From Thermodesulfobacteriota bacterium (GTDB taxonomy: Bacteria; Desulfobacterota; WTBG01; JAGOGO01): 32,000 nucleotides of DNA. The position numbers and the translations under genes were made by a program. Location of the stretch: positions 2,832,651 to 2,864,650 of the forward strand of contig CP113000.1 in the NCBI GenBank assembly GCA_026625185.1, written 5' to 3'. The notes under the pieces are model-generated. The model did not search any database and was not told the origin of the DNA. It saw nothing but the letters and a program-made list of their open reading frames with translations. Shown here piece after piece: positions 20,588-30,281 of this stretch (positions are counted from its first letter, which is position 1; every line of letters begins with the position of its first letter).

Positions 20588-23500
20588 TTATTTTTCCTTT
20601 TGCCCGGTTGTTCTTTTCATCCATATCCCGCCTTCACTGAAACACTGCCAGCCCCAGCGAAGCCATTTTAAAAGTGAACCGGCAAGCCAGAGCGCCCACA
20701 AAAGCATCAAAATTCGAAACACAAAAAGCGGTAAAGATAAAACCCAGGGCTGAGGCATCAAAGCTCCAATACGGTCTTGCGTCCAGTGAAGGTAGAAATT
20801 TGAGGAACCGTTTCCAGCGATTTGCATATCCGGAATCCCCAAAAGACCAGCTTCAACTGCAAGGTAAAGGCAGATCAATGCCGCAACCGTCAAAACCACC
20901 AGTAGGAGCTGAGATACATTAAAGGAAAAACGTTGGTTTTCAGGTATAGGTTTTAATCGTCGTAGTCCGAGAGCAAGCAGCCACCCTAAAATAATTATTG
21001 CCATCATGGGAGTTACCTGGGTTATTCCCAAGCCTAACAAAAACCAATGGGTGGTTTTAAGAGGAGTCAAGGTAAGCCGACCTAAAGCGACTGCTGCCAA
21101 TATCACCACCACCACGTAACTCCAGAAAAGTACTGCTGGGCCTAACCGAGGTCCCCCGGCAAATAAAATCCACCGATTTTGCGGCATTTTAAAAACCATA
21201 TCCGCATTCACCGCCTGAGGACCCACGCTAACCAATGGGGACCGGATAATCGGTGGGGATGAAGTGGGTTGCTGCCACTTAACCTCTACTCGTTGCAGAC
21301 CAGGCGCAAGAGGGATAATGACTTCCTTGCCTTCTCTTTTTATTGGCTGGGTTTTATTATTTATGATTACCGCCATTATTTTCGCATCCGCAGGCACGAT
21401 TACGCGGTGTTCCCCTCCTTTACTGGTCCGAACTTTAAAAAGAAGTTCACCATTGGTATAACGCTCTCCAGGGGTGAGGTCCAGTTTTGCTTCTTCGATG
21501 GTTAAGGTTGATCCGGGAATTGCCTGGGGCCGACTCAGAGTAATGATGACCTTTTCTCCCGGCCACGGTTGCCACAGGGGCATCCAATAGTTCGCTTGGT
21601 CCTGATGATGGATAACCGGAATACCTGATAATTCACAATGCCAGATTGGACTGGCATCCAAAATCCAGGTCTCAATCCAAGGAACCTCCTTTGGGGCCAG
21701 CAATATAATGGTTGGTGACTCTTGAAGGGTTGATGACCAGGTAACCTCAGTTTCATTTGCCGCTATCGTAATCCGCACCCGGCTCTTTTCCACCTGAATT
21801 CCCGGAGAGGTGACCGATTCCCGGGCAATTAGGGGTATAAAAAGCGTAGCTGGTGTGTCCGGTGGTGTCACTCGTCTCAAGGTGTTTTTCACCTTCCAGT
21901 TTAATCCCAGAGTTAAAACCCGCTCGAGCTGAAAAAAAGGAGGTATTGCGGCCTCAGGCTTGGCTTGACTTTCCGGAAGGTTTTTCTCTTCTCGGGTTAA
22001 CTGAAGCGACGACTCGACTTGGCCGTCCGGCTGGACGCCTTGAACCGTCCATCCATCGGTTTCAAACGTTACCTTCCGTGGTCTGAGCGGCAAAACCACC
22101 GAAAATGATCTCTCCGCCGGCACTCTCCCATACAGAGTAACCACATGGAAACCTTCAGGAATCAGGACCCACAGAACTCCCGCATGGTCTTTCATAAGGC
22201 CTCGTGCCGGTTGTCCGTTAAGAAGAACCTCTTCCGGCATCCATGATTTCAGTGATCCGGGCAACGGCACCGCAGTCTCCACCCCGGCATCAACATTAAA
22301 AAGGATACGCAAACTATTTTTGTTCGCAGTAAGGAGCATTTTGGGGCTATCAGCGCAATTGGGAAGGCATTCCGGCTTTTCCAAGAGCCGTTCCTGAAGC
22401 TTTTGAAGGAGTTCAGGAGAGGGATAACCAGCATCTTGTTCCGCTCTCGTACTGGTTGCACCCAAAGCTAATACTATAAACAAAACCAAACTCACTATTT
22501 TATTGCCGGGCAATTTCCAGGTTCGAACACTCAGGAGAAAAAAGATTAAAGAAACCAAGAACCCAACCCTTAAAAAAGAGAGAATAAGGTTAGTAAACGG
22601 GGAAAGTAAAAATAATCGAATTTCCTGTTCCTTGGAAACGGGGCCGGTCCAAGTCAAAGGGATAGCCCGCCATTTCCACGTGGGAAGTCCAGGCCCGGTC
22701 TGATTAAGAGCGTGAGGGTCTTGAGTTAACGCAGTTAAGTTTTGATATTGTTGTTGGAACTCCCCTTTTAACTTCGGTTTGCCGATAAAAAAGGAATCTT
22801 TTTTTTCTCGTGGTGCTTGGACCTGCGGAACGGGGACCAGCTGCTCTGACCCCGCTTGCATCTCTTCTTTTGACGACAACTCCTCCATAACTGTTTGAGG
22901 CATCATTTTTGATGGACCAACAGTAATGCCCATTGGTGGGTAAATGTCCTCTAACTGCGGGTAAATTCCCCAGCGCACTTGTTTCACCACGAATGGTATT
23001 GAAAAAATAAGAAGAAAAATAATGGAGCCTATGCGCCAGAGGTTAACCACTTTTTTCGCCCAGCCCTCAGGCAGAAACCGCAAAAGAGCTAAAGCAGCCA
23101 GGAGATTAAGCCAGACCAAATGGGGCGCTCCGGGTTCATGATAGGTAAGACCAACCGCAAAAAGCGCCAGTATTCCCCATTTCCAATTCCACAGTTTATA
23201 AATTACTAAGCTGATTATCAAAACCAAAAAGAGGTCAAGAAGACTCCATTGTTTAACCCAGGTTCCCTCAATTCCATCTATTCCCGAGGCAATAAGCAGC
23301 TTCCACCCCGGCGGAAGATTTAAAACCCCGGATACTGACTCAAAGTCATGGTCCCATCCAACTGCAGGAATTTTCCAAAGTGAAGTCTCAAGCCGGCCTT
23401 CAGATTCAAGTTGTAGGTGTCCTTTGCGAAGCTCAATTCCTGGTTTTTTCCCTTTGCCGTGACCCGTTATCAGTTGTTCGACCCCCTCAATAGTTACTCT

Positions 23501-24661
23501 GCCCAGTTGACTTGGGGGATTTATCGCCAAATACCATTGCCGGCTCAAAGTGCCGGTGACCTGGTCCTTAGTCGTAAACCCTCGGCCATCAAAATCTAAC
23601 CACCAGGTCCGGTAAAGAAAGAGCTGGTCGGGAGCGGGGTCCGGATCACCGCGCCGTATTTCCTTAAAAATCATTTCAAGACCGGGATGCATAATAAAAG
23701 TAGGAAAGTTTTGCCATTGGGAAGGGACATCGGTCTGTTTGGGATCAATGGGTGAGACACCCTCGATTTTTACCATGCGGAGTTGATTTTGGGCTTGAAA
23801 TGACCAGACTTCATCTTGTAAAGTTTTCTTAAGCGGAGTTAACTTTGAAATCGGACCCTCAAAACGGGAAATAATCTGTATTTCCCATTGACCGGGACGG
23901 ACTTGAAGAATAATATCACCTTCTGGACTGAGCCGCGCCGGAAGAGGACTTTGAATATTCAAGGGAACCGCGCCTTCCAGCAGCACCCCAGGCAACGTAA
24001 TTTCTCTCGGCTGACCGGATACATTGATCTTTAAAAGATTGTTGACCTCGAGGGGAATGGCATCTTTAATTAAACGAAAAACCCGACACTCCACACTATC
24101 TTCTTTTCCCAATCCTCCTTCTTTCTTTTTGAGCCACAAGCGACCGCTGTTCTCAATAAACGGAAATTGAATGGGATTTCCATTAATGGACAGGCTGACA
24201 AGTCCGCTTTCCGGAGGCACATTGAGCCATTCCGGCATTTCCTTCCAGGTAAATACCCCCTCGGTCCGGTGAACCCCAGGGGTTAAGTAAACAGCAGGGA
24301 TATTGTTTTTCCCCACCACGGGAGCTGGTTTGCCGTCAACCTTTACTTCTGCGGGCCAGGTTTCGGGATTTCCCGGCAAGGGAACCCATGCCTTAATAAA
24401 AACACGCCATTCCTGATTGAAACCACCTTTATTATTTTCCAGATTCAATGTGAGGCGGGAAGGCCAAAGGCATTGACACCGTTCTCCGTTGTTGTAATAG
24501 GTAGGGCAGAGTTTATCTTCCACATTATGAAGCACCCACCCCTTCCATTGTTCAAGGTTGGGAGGGATCTCACCCCGTTCCGGTTTAGCAGCAAAAGGGG
24601 AACCAATATTCACGAAAAACCAAGCGACTATCGCCAGTAAAAAATAGATTTTGTTTTTCAT
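20588..24661 (-). CDS. Very large (about 1357 aa) multi-pass membrane protein of unknown function with an internal duplication
   Basis: SD GGAGGAGG precedes the ATG at 24661. Signal/anchor is MKNKIYFLLAIVAWFFV. Two extracytoplasmic modules are each followed by TM clusters. Confidence 0.6.
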   Translation of the reverse strand: MKNKIYFLLAIVAWFFVNIGSPFAAKPERGEIPPNLEQWKGWVLHNVEDKLCPTYYNNGERCQCLWPSRLTLNLENNKGGFNQEWRVFIKAWVPLPGNPETWPAEVKVDGKPAPVVGKNNIPAVYLTPGVHRTEGVFTWKEMPEWLNVPPESGLVSLSINGNPIQFPFIENSGRLWLKKKEGGLGKEDSVECRVFRLIKDAIPLEVNNLLKINVSGQPREITLPGVLLEGAVPLNIQSPLPARLSPEGDIILQVRPGQWEIQIISRFEGPISKLTPLKKTLQDEVWSFQAQNQLRMVKIEGVSPIDPKQTDVPSQWQNFPTFIMHPGLEMIFKEIRRGDPDPAPDQLFLYRTWWLDFDGRGFTTKDQVTGTLSRQWYLAINPPSQLGRVTIEGVEQLITGHGKGKKPGIELRKGHLQLESEGRLETSLWKIPAVGWDHDFESVSGVLNLPPGWKLLIASGIDGIEGTWVKQWSLLDLFLVLIISLVIYKLWNWKWGILALFAVGLTYHEPGAPHLVWLNLLAALALLRFLPEGWAKKVVNLWRIGSIIFLLIFSIPFVVKQVRWGIYPQLEDIYPPMGITVGPSKMMPQTVMEELSSKEEMQAGSEQLVPVPQVQAPREKKDSFFIGKPKLKGEFQQQYQNLTALTQDPHALNQTGPGLPTWKWRAIPLTWTGPVSKEQEIRLFLLSPFTNLILSFLRVGFLVSLIFFLLSVRTWKLPGNKIVSLVLFIVLALGATSTRAEQDAGYPSPELLQKLQERLLEKPECLPNCADSPKMLLTANKNSLRILFNVDAGVETAVPLPGSLKSWMPEEVLLNGQPARGLMKDHAGVLWVLIPEGFHVVTLYGRVPAERSFSVVLPLRPRKVTFETDGWTVQGVQPDGQVESSLQLTREEKNLPESQAKPEAAIPPFFQLERVLTLGLNWKVKNTLRRVTPPDTPATLFIPLIARESVTSPGIQVEKSRVRITIAANETEVTWSSTLQESPTIILLAPKEVPWIETWILDASPIWHCELSGIPVIHHQDQANYWMPLWQPWPGEKVIITLSRPQAIPGSTLTIEEAKLDLTPGERYTNGELLFKVRTSKGGEHRVIVPADAKIMAVIINNKTQPIKREGKEVIIPLAPGLQRVEVKWQQPTSSPPIIRSPLVSVGPQAVNADMVFKMPQNRWILFAGGPRLGPAVLFWSYVVVVILAAVALGRLTLTPLKTTHWFLLGLGITQVTPMMAIIILGWLLALGLRRLKPIPENQRFSFNVSQLLLVVLTVAALICLYLAVEAGLLGIPDMQIAGNGSSNFYLHWTQDRIGALMPQPWVLSLPLFVFRILMLLWALWLAGSLLKWLRWGWQCFSEGGIWMKRTTGQKEK

Positions 24662-24737
24662 TCTTTCCTCCTCCAAAAGGGGATAAAATAAATTTTGGAT
24701 AGCCACTATGACGTAATTACCGGAAAACCGTTATTTT

Positions 24738-27700
24738 TTACCTCCCAGGTTGATATGCTCCCGATACTGCCAATGCTGCGAGCATTCTTAAACTAAGCAT
24801 TGCATTTGGATTTGAAGAACTCTGATATCTCGACCATAAAGCCACTGCAGCATTAAAGTCCTTCTGTTTAATTAAACTAATCAACGCTAACCTTAAAAGA
24901 AAATTATTCTTTTGATCGCTATGAATTCTACCTTGTTTGGGAAGAAGCTCCTCAGAAATGCGTCTTATTTTTTTATAATCTCTTTCACCCCACGCACGTA
25001 CCAAAGCAATCCAATCCCGAAGTCCTTCAGGTAATTTTTTATAGCACGGAGAAGTTTCTATATCTTCCCAAATTACTTGCAAGGCATCAGCAGGAAGGTA
25101 CGGGACGGTTGCATTGGCAAATGAAATCAACTGGGGCAACCAGACGTCGCCTCTCAAGGACACCGGATCACACAGATTACGGATCGAACGAAAATTGCGT
25201 ACTAAAGTAACCGTCGAATCTGATAACGATGGAGAATTTTTGTCCCCAGGAGCGCCCTCCCCATAGAAATAGCGCCAAATGCCTACCGCATTATGTGCAT
25301 TTTTCCCTATTGCTAAAGGGTGGTTGCCAGCAATACCAGAAAGTAACGACCCATGAGCAAATAGGTTAACATCATTGAGAAAGAAAACCACTTCAGGTCC
25401 GAGGCGGAGCAAACCTGAAGCGGATTGTTGTAAAAAACGTGCCTTGACGGCACCGAGATCTAAAACCGGATAAAAGTCTGAGTTAGGCGCAATCGCATAC
25501 GCGTCAAACAAAGGGTCTAAATTTCGGCGATCACCAATTTTCAGCAAGATAACATCCTGAGGGGTTTTAACACCAATCAAATTAAGCTGCTTTTTTATCT
25601 TTCCTTCGGGCAATACAGGGGACAGTATATCCGGTAGTGCTGTTTGACTGGCAAGAATAAGGATATCACCCTCGGATGTTCCATATAACTGATAATCAAA
25701 AAAATTTTTACGCATTGCTTTTACTACGGAAGATATCAGTTCTACATTAATTTCGTAGACGTGTAGCCACTGACAAAACAAGCCATCCTTTTTTACATGT
25801 CGGTTAATGAGACGATAAAACTCGCCGGAAAAGAGTCCACCGATCCCACTTACCCAGGGATTTGAAGGCTCGGATATAATCAGATCATAAGTTTTTTGGT
25901 GATTGCTGAAAAAGATCTTGGCATCGGCAATGCTGATTTTGCTCCGGGGATCGTCGAAAGCATTATGGATTTTCCCGCCGATAAATTGTGTGGCCACACG
26001 AGCCGCCTCAAGCATAGCTGGTTCGATCTCCACAGTATCAACATTGCGAATACCAGGGTAGTTGAGCATCGTGTGCGTAGTCATACCTGATCCCATCCCA
26101 ATGACTGCAACATCAGAGACATCCGACTTCATTATCAGAGGAAGAGCAGCCAATAATGTCATGGTTGATTCATCTGGGGCGATTTGTTGACTATTAATTT
26201 GAACACCGGCGTCAGTTTTTCCATTAGTACGAAAGCTCAGTCTTTCAGGGTCCTTAACGAGATCTATAGAAGCGGTTTTTCCATCCCGATGATAAATAAT
26301 TTCCTCACCTTTCCCAAGTAAATGTCCGGTGCGATAAACTCCGGAGGCCATCTTGCTGATATCAAGATGCACGCCAAAAATAACGGCAATCAAATACAAT
26401 AAACTTCCACCAACATACATCAGACGACTTTGCAATGATATTGAAAATCGGCCAAGCCAAAACAACCAAAACCCAATTATGATATCCAAAGCACCCCCGA
26501 TGATAACCAGGTTCCTCAGCCCCCCAAAAGGCATAACGAACTGGATGCTTGCGATAACACCCAGGATACACCCCAAAGTGTTCACCGCATAAACGCGGCC
26601 AATTGCTTTTTCACCAACACCATTAGTAAATAAATAATGTGTCAGTAATGGCAATGTCATCCCTGCACATATTGTGGCAGGTATCATCACAAACATTGCC
26701 AAGGAATGACTGAAGATATTAAAAAATAGATATCCCTCTTCTGTTTTGGCCAGAGCTTTGAGGGCATACTGCATACCGTTAAAGGTAAATCCGTATACAA
26801 TGAGGGTTAAAATTGCCAGGACACCCATTACCATCTGCACCGCGCCAAGAACAAACAATGGTCGCTTCAATCGATCCACCTGGGTCCGTATCAAAAAACC
26901 TCCAATAGCAAGGCCAAAAATAAATGCCGCTAGCATTAATTCAAATGCATGGGTAGTGCTTCCTAAGACCAGACTCAACATGCGAATCCAGGCAATTTCA
27001 TACATAAAGGAGGTCATACCGGTAACCCCGGCACAAACAAGAAATATCCCTATCATTCTTACCGGCATTGTTCGGCCTTCCTGAGCAGTAACTGCTTCAG
27101 GAAGACTTACGGTTTTATCATCCATACGCACCAGCACATAAACCGCAATAGCAATGAATATGTTGATAAGACCCGCAGCAAGTATCGTCCCCGGCAACCC
27201 CACCAAGCCAATGAGAAAAAATCCCGAAGCCAAAACGCCAAAAACCGCCCCGAGGCTATTGGCAAAATACAACACCGCGATAACATGTCCGGGACGATCC
27301 GGAAACCGCCGAATAAGGCCCGCGCTCATAAAAGGGAAAGTCATTCCCAAAAGTGCTGACTGGGGAAAAATCAGAAATGCAGCCAACACCCATTTATATG
27401 TTTCCACGGCAAAAGCCGAGCCCAATGAAGGAATAACGGTAAAATAGGAGAAATCTGTCGCGGTCACAAAAATATTGTGGAACACCATTGCCATGAGACC
27501 TACGACTGCTTCTGTAATTGCATAGGCAAAAAAAGGATTCAATAAACGAAGGCTAAAACGGCTGGCAAGCCATGCGCCAAAAGCCATCCCCCCCATGAAA
27601 ATCGCCAGTACCAGCGTCTGGGCATAAGCAGCATGGCCAAGAAAAAGTTTTAAGTAATGCGTCCAAATAGATTCATAAATCAACCCGGAAAATCCCGAAA

Positions 27701-27773
27701 AGACAAAAACAGAGATATAAATATTGCGCAATAAAACAAGACCAACAAAACGAGGCAATTGAAAGGATTGCAT
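24738..27773 (-). CDS. Fused polytopic membrane (MFS-like) / spermidine-synthase-like aminopropyltransferase-fold protein
   Basis: The N-terminal ~480 aa has many TM helices (FSGFSGLIYESIWTHYLKLFLGHAAYAQT...). Then comes a methyltransferase/spermidine-synthase fold, VAVIGMGSGMTTHTML...VDTVEIEPAML...YDLIISEPSNPWVSG. Confidence 0.7.
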   Translation of the reverse strand: MQSFQLPRFVGLVLLRNIYISVFVFSGFSGLIYESIWTHYLKLFLGHAAYAQTLVLAIFMGGMAFGAWLASRFSLRLLNPFFAYAITEAVVGLMAMVFHNIFVTATDFSYFTVIPSLGSAFAVETYKWVLAAFLIFPQSALLGMTFPFMSAGLIRRFPDRPGHVIAVLYFANSLGAVFGVLASGFFLIGLVGLPGTILAAGLINIFIAIAVYVLVRMDDKTVSLPEAVTAQEGRTMPVRMIGIFLVCAGVTGMTSFMYEIAWIRMLSLVLGSTTHAFELMLAAFIFGLAIGGFLIRTQVDRLKRPLFVLGAVQMVMGVLAILTLIVYGFTFNGMQYALKALAKTEEGYLFFNIFSHSLAMFVMIPATICAGMTLPLLTHYLFTNGVGEKAIGRVYAVNTLGCILGVIASIQFVMPFGGLRNLVIIGGALDIIIGFWLFWLGRFSISLQSRLMYVGGSLLYLIAVIFGVHLDISKMASGVYRTGHLLGKGEEIIYHRDGKTASIDLVKDPERLSFRTNGKTDAGVQINSQQIAPDESTMTLLAALPLIMKSDVSDVAVIGMGSGMTTHTMLNYPGIRNVDTVEIEPAMLEAARVATQFIGGKIHNAFDDPRSKISIADAKIFFSNHQKTYDLIISEPSNPWVSGIGGLFSGEFYRLINRHVKKDGLFCQWLHVYEINVELISSVVKAMRKNFFDYQLYGTSEGDILILASQTALPDILSPVLPEGKIKKQLNLIGVKTPQDVILLKIGDRRNLDPLFDAYAIAPNSDFYPVLDLGAVKARFLQQSASGLLRLGPEVVFFLNDVNLFAHGSLLSGIAGNHPLAIGKNAHNAVGIWRYFYGEGAPGDKNSPSLSDSTVTLVRNFRSIRNLCDPVSLRGDVWLPQLISFANATVPYLPADALQVIWEDIETSPCYKKLPEGLRDWIALVRAWGERDYKKIRRISEELLPKQGRIHSDQKNNFLLRLALISLIKQKDFNAAVALWSRYQSSSNPNAMLSLRMLAALAVSGAYQPGR

Positions 27774-27798
27774 GGGCTGTATCCCTTCGAAAAAAAGG

Positions 27799-29661
27799 TT
27801 ACCTAAAGTGAATCTTATAAGTCGATATCCCGTTTGCCGAAAATATTTTTACAAGATATTTCTGCTTAAAATCAATAAAGCGGGGGTCTTCATCATAGTG
27901 GATTGTATCGTTACGATAATTTTCATGAATTTTATCAGAACTGATAATATGGGTAAAATTTTGACTTCGCAAACCCCTTAAAATATCTTCACCATTTTTT
28001 GCCTTATCGTAATTAATAAATTTCTGGCTCAGATGATCATTAAATGGTTCGAACCTAAAGTAAAAATACCGAACAAAACCATGAAAGAGGACCTTGGCGT
28101 CATCAGGCAGGTTTCTGTTCGCCCAGGCAGCAGGAACATAACTTATCTCAAAGGCCTTCAAAAAATCAGGCGTCAGTTTTGGATTAACAGCAGCCAAAAT
28201 TCTTTTATGACTCAACATAAGATTATAATTTTGAAAAGAATAAAAGGTAACAAAAAAAACAAAAAAGCCGAGGCACATATACCTGATTACTTTGCCGAAG
28301 CACATTATCCTTTGCCCCACTGCTCCACAAAGCAAAGACAAAAAAATCACTAGGATAACGACATAGCGAATGTTACCATTTAAAAAAACAAGAAAAAGGT
28401 AACTCAAGACTCCAATGAGAAAAATAAGCGGCCATTTTAACGGTGTCTTTTTAAGGGAAAAAATAAAAGGAGAAAAAAATAAAAAGAGAGGTCCGATAAA
28501 TCGCTGAAAATCATCTTCCTTACCCCAAGCACCCGACCAAAGGTAACTAAAGGGGAAAAAGTAATTTTCTTTCAATTTTACAAAAGCGATGGAAAAAAGT
28601 TCGGTTGCGTTGGTTCCGTTTTCCCAGAGCGAGTCCGGACGGATCATTTTTGAAGAAAAAATATCGTTAAGAATTGGGAAAAAAGGATTACGAGTTATTA
28701 TATAATTGCGGACAAACCATGGTGATACCAGGATAATGCCAATGAACAACGAAGCGCTAAAGAGTATTGACACCTTTTTCCAACCCTTTAGTTTATGTAT
28801 AAAAAAGAAAAGGTAAAGTAATCCAACGAGGAGAATTGCCTGATATTTTATTCCTAACGCCATTCCCGTTATGAGCCCTAAAAAGGCAACCTCATTGACC
28901 TTGCTTTCTTTATCACATTCCATTAAACGCATTGATACAACCAAAAGATAAAAACCGAGAATATTACAGGTATAGGCCATGGTTCCCCAAGAGTTTATTA
29001 CCGGAGCCGTCAAATAAATGATACCGGGAATAAGAGCATATTCGCGTTCAAAATATTTTTGAGTATAAACATAGAGTGCCGTTACGGTAAGCAAAGCAAA
29101 GCCAAAATGGGTGAGGTTAACCAAAACCGGGCCACCAATGACTAAAGCCAACGAAAATAGAAGCTCGCCATTAGACGGGAAAAAAGAAGGGAAAAACGTT
29201 GGATTAGTAACTATTGCCCCATGCCCAAGAAAAAGCTTGGGGATAGTCATATGATAATATAGGACATCAGTGGGCCCATGAGGTGGAAGTAGTGCTTTTA
29301 ATATATTTACGATTACAAAAATACAAAAAGCTCCGGTTAAGAAATGATGAGAGGTAAAAGAAAAATTACGGTGATAAAGGTAGAAGATGAACGCTTTTAA
29401 GAAAAATTTTGCTTCCTTGGCACTCATAACAAAGAGAACGAAAAGTAAAAGGCAAAGGGTAATAGGGGTAAAAAACCCTATCATGCCCAGGAAAAGCAGT
29501 CCCTCACTGATAAGTGCAAACCCGGAGGCGGCAGAAAGAACGAATAGTTCCAGGTTGCTTTCCTTATTTATGCCTAAAATCCGAAGAAACTTCATCCCCG
29601 AACAGGAAACCATGAAAAAAAGGAGCGCCAGTAACAAAAGTTTAGTTAAAACATAGACCAT
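27799..29661 (-). CDS. Polytopic glycosyltransferase-like membrane protein (GT39/ArnT-like, tentative)
   Basis: About 14 predicted TM segments, with a soluble C-terminal ~130 aa. The start is set at ATG 29661 because the hsp20 promoter elements lie inside the longer track ORF. Confidence 0.45.
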   Translation of the reverse strand: MVYVLTKLLLLALLFFMVSCSGMKFLRILGINKESNLELFVLSAASGFALISEGLLFLGMIGFFTPITLCLLLFVLFVMSAKEAKFFLKAFIFYLYHRNFSFTSHHFLTGAFCIFVIVNILKALLPPHGPTDVLYYHMTIPKLFLGHGAIVTNPTFFPSFFPSNGELLFSLALVIGGPVLVNLTHFGFALLTVTALYVYTQKYFEREYALIPGIIYLTAPVINSWGTMAYTCNILGFYLLVVSMRLMECDKESKVNEVAFLGLITGMALGIKYQAILLVGLLYLFFFIHKLKGWKKVSILFSASLFIGIILVSPWFVRNYIITRNPFFPILNDIFSSKMIRPDSLWENGTNATELFSIAFVKLKENYFFPFSYLWSGAWGKEDDFQRFIGPLFLFFSPFIFSLKKTPLKWPLIFLIGVLSYLFLVFLNGNIRYVVILVIFLSLLCGAVGQRIMCFGKVIRYMCLGFFVFFVTFYSFQNYNLMLSHKRILAAVNPKLTPDFLKAFEISYVPAAWANRNLPDDAKVLFHGFVRYFYFRFEPFNDHLSQKFINYDKAKNGEDILRGLRSQNFTHIISSDKIHENYRNDTIHYDEDPRFIDFKQKYLVKIFSANGISTYKIHFR

Positions 29662-29764
29662 TTTTGCTCTTTTGCGGATAATAGCAAAATTTAAAATAAG
29701 AGACCAAAAATGTATAAATAATAACCATTTTAAAAAAATTAGCCACAAAATTATTTTCTTCTTA

Positions 29765-29792
29765 TTGACTTGAAACAACTTTTTGATATAGT
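29765..29792 (+). promoter_or_regulatory. Candidate sigma70 promoter of hsp20
   Basis: TTGACT (29765-29770), a 16-nt spacer, then TATAGT (29787-29792). SD GGAG precedes the ATG at 29820. Confidence 0.5.
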
Positions 29793-29819
29793 AAAAAAAT
29801 TAACCTGGAGAATATTTTT

Positions 29820-30245
29820 ATGGTTTTAGTTCCCTGGAGATTTTACGAAGATTTAAGTTCTTTTAACCGGGAAATGGATCAGCTTTTTGATCGTTTCTTC
29901 GGGACGGAATTTATTGAAGGCCCTTGGGAAAAAATTTCCTATCCTCCCATGCGGGTGGTTAAAACTGAAAACGAAATCATAGTCTTTTTACAAATTGCCC
30001 CTCTTTCGCCTGATGAAATAGAGGTTGCTTTTAAAGATGACCTCCTGGTGATTACAGGGGAAAAGAAAAAAACAAATAACTTTCATTACCCTCAAAATGG
30101 AAAAATCTCCTTCAAGCGCATTATCCACCTCCCCAAAAAAATTCACGCTGATAAAATAGAAGCAACTTGCAAAGGGGGCGAACTGATTGTAATCCTCCCG
30201 AAAATGAAAAATAAAACTCTTTCAATGAAGATTAAGATTGAATAG
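29820..30245 (+). CDS. Small heat-shock protein, Hsp20/alpha-crystallin family
   Basis: FNREMDQLFDRFFG...PPMRVVKTENEIIVFLQIAPLSPDEIEVAFKDDLLVITGEKK...FKRIIHLP...ATCKGGELIVILPK. Confidence 0.9.
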   Translation: MVLVPWRFYEDLSSFNREMDQLFDRFFGTEFIEGPWEKISYPPMRVVKTENEIIVFLQIAPLSPDEIEVAFKDDLLVITGEKKKTNNFHYPQNGKISFKRIIHLPKKIHADKIEATCKGGELIVILPKMKNKTLSMKIKIE

Positions 30246-30281
30246 ACTTTAGATAGAAACAATAAAAGGGTGAGATGATAA

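Noticed and set aside
29768-29775. A sigma32-type heat-shock promoter for hsp20 (CTTGAAA box).
   Set aside because: There is no CCCCAT-like -10 at the right spacing. A sigma70-type TTGACT-N16-TATAGT explains the region better.
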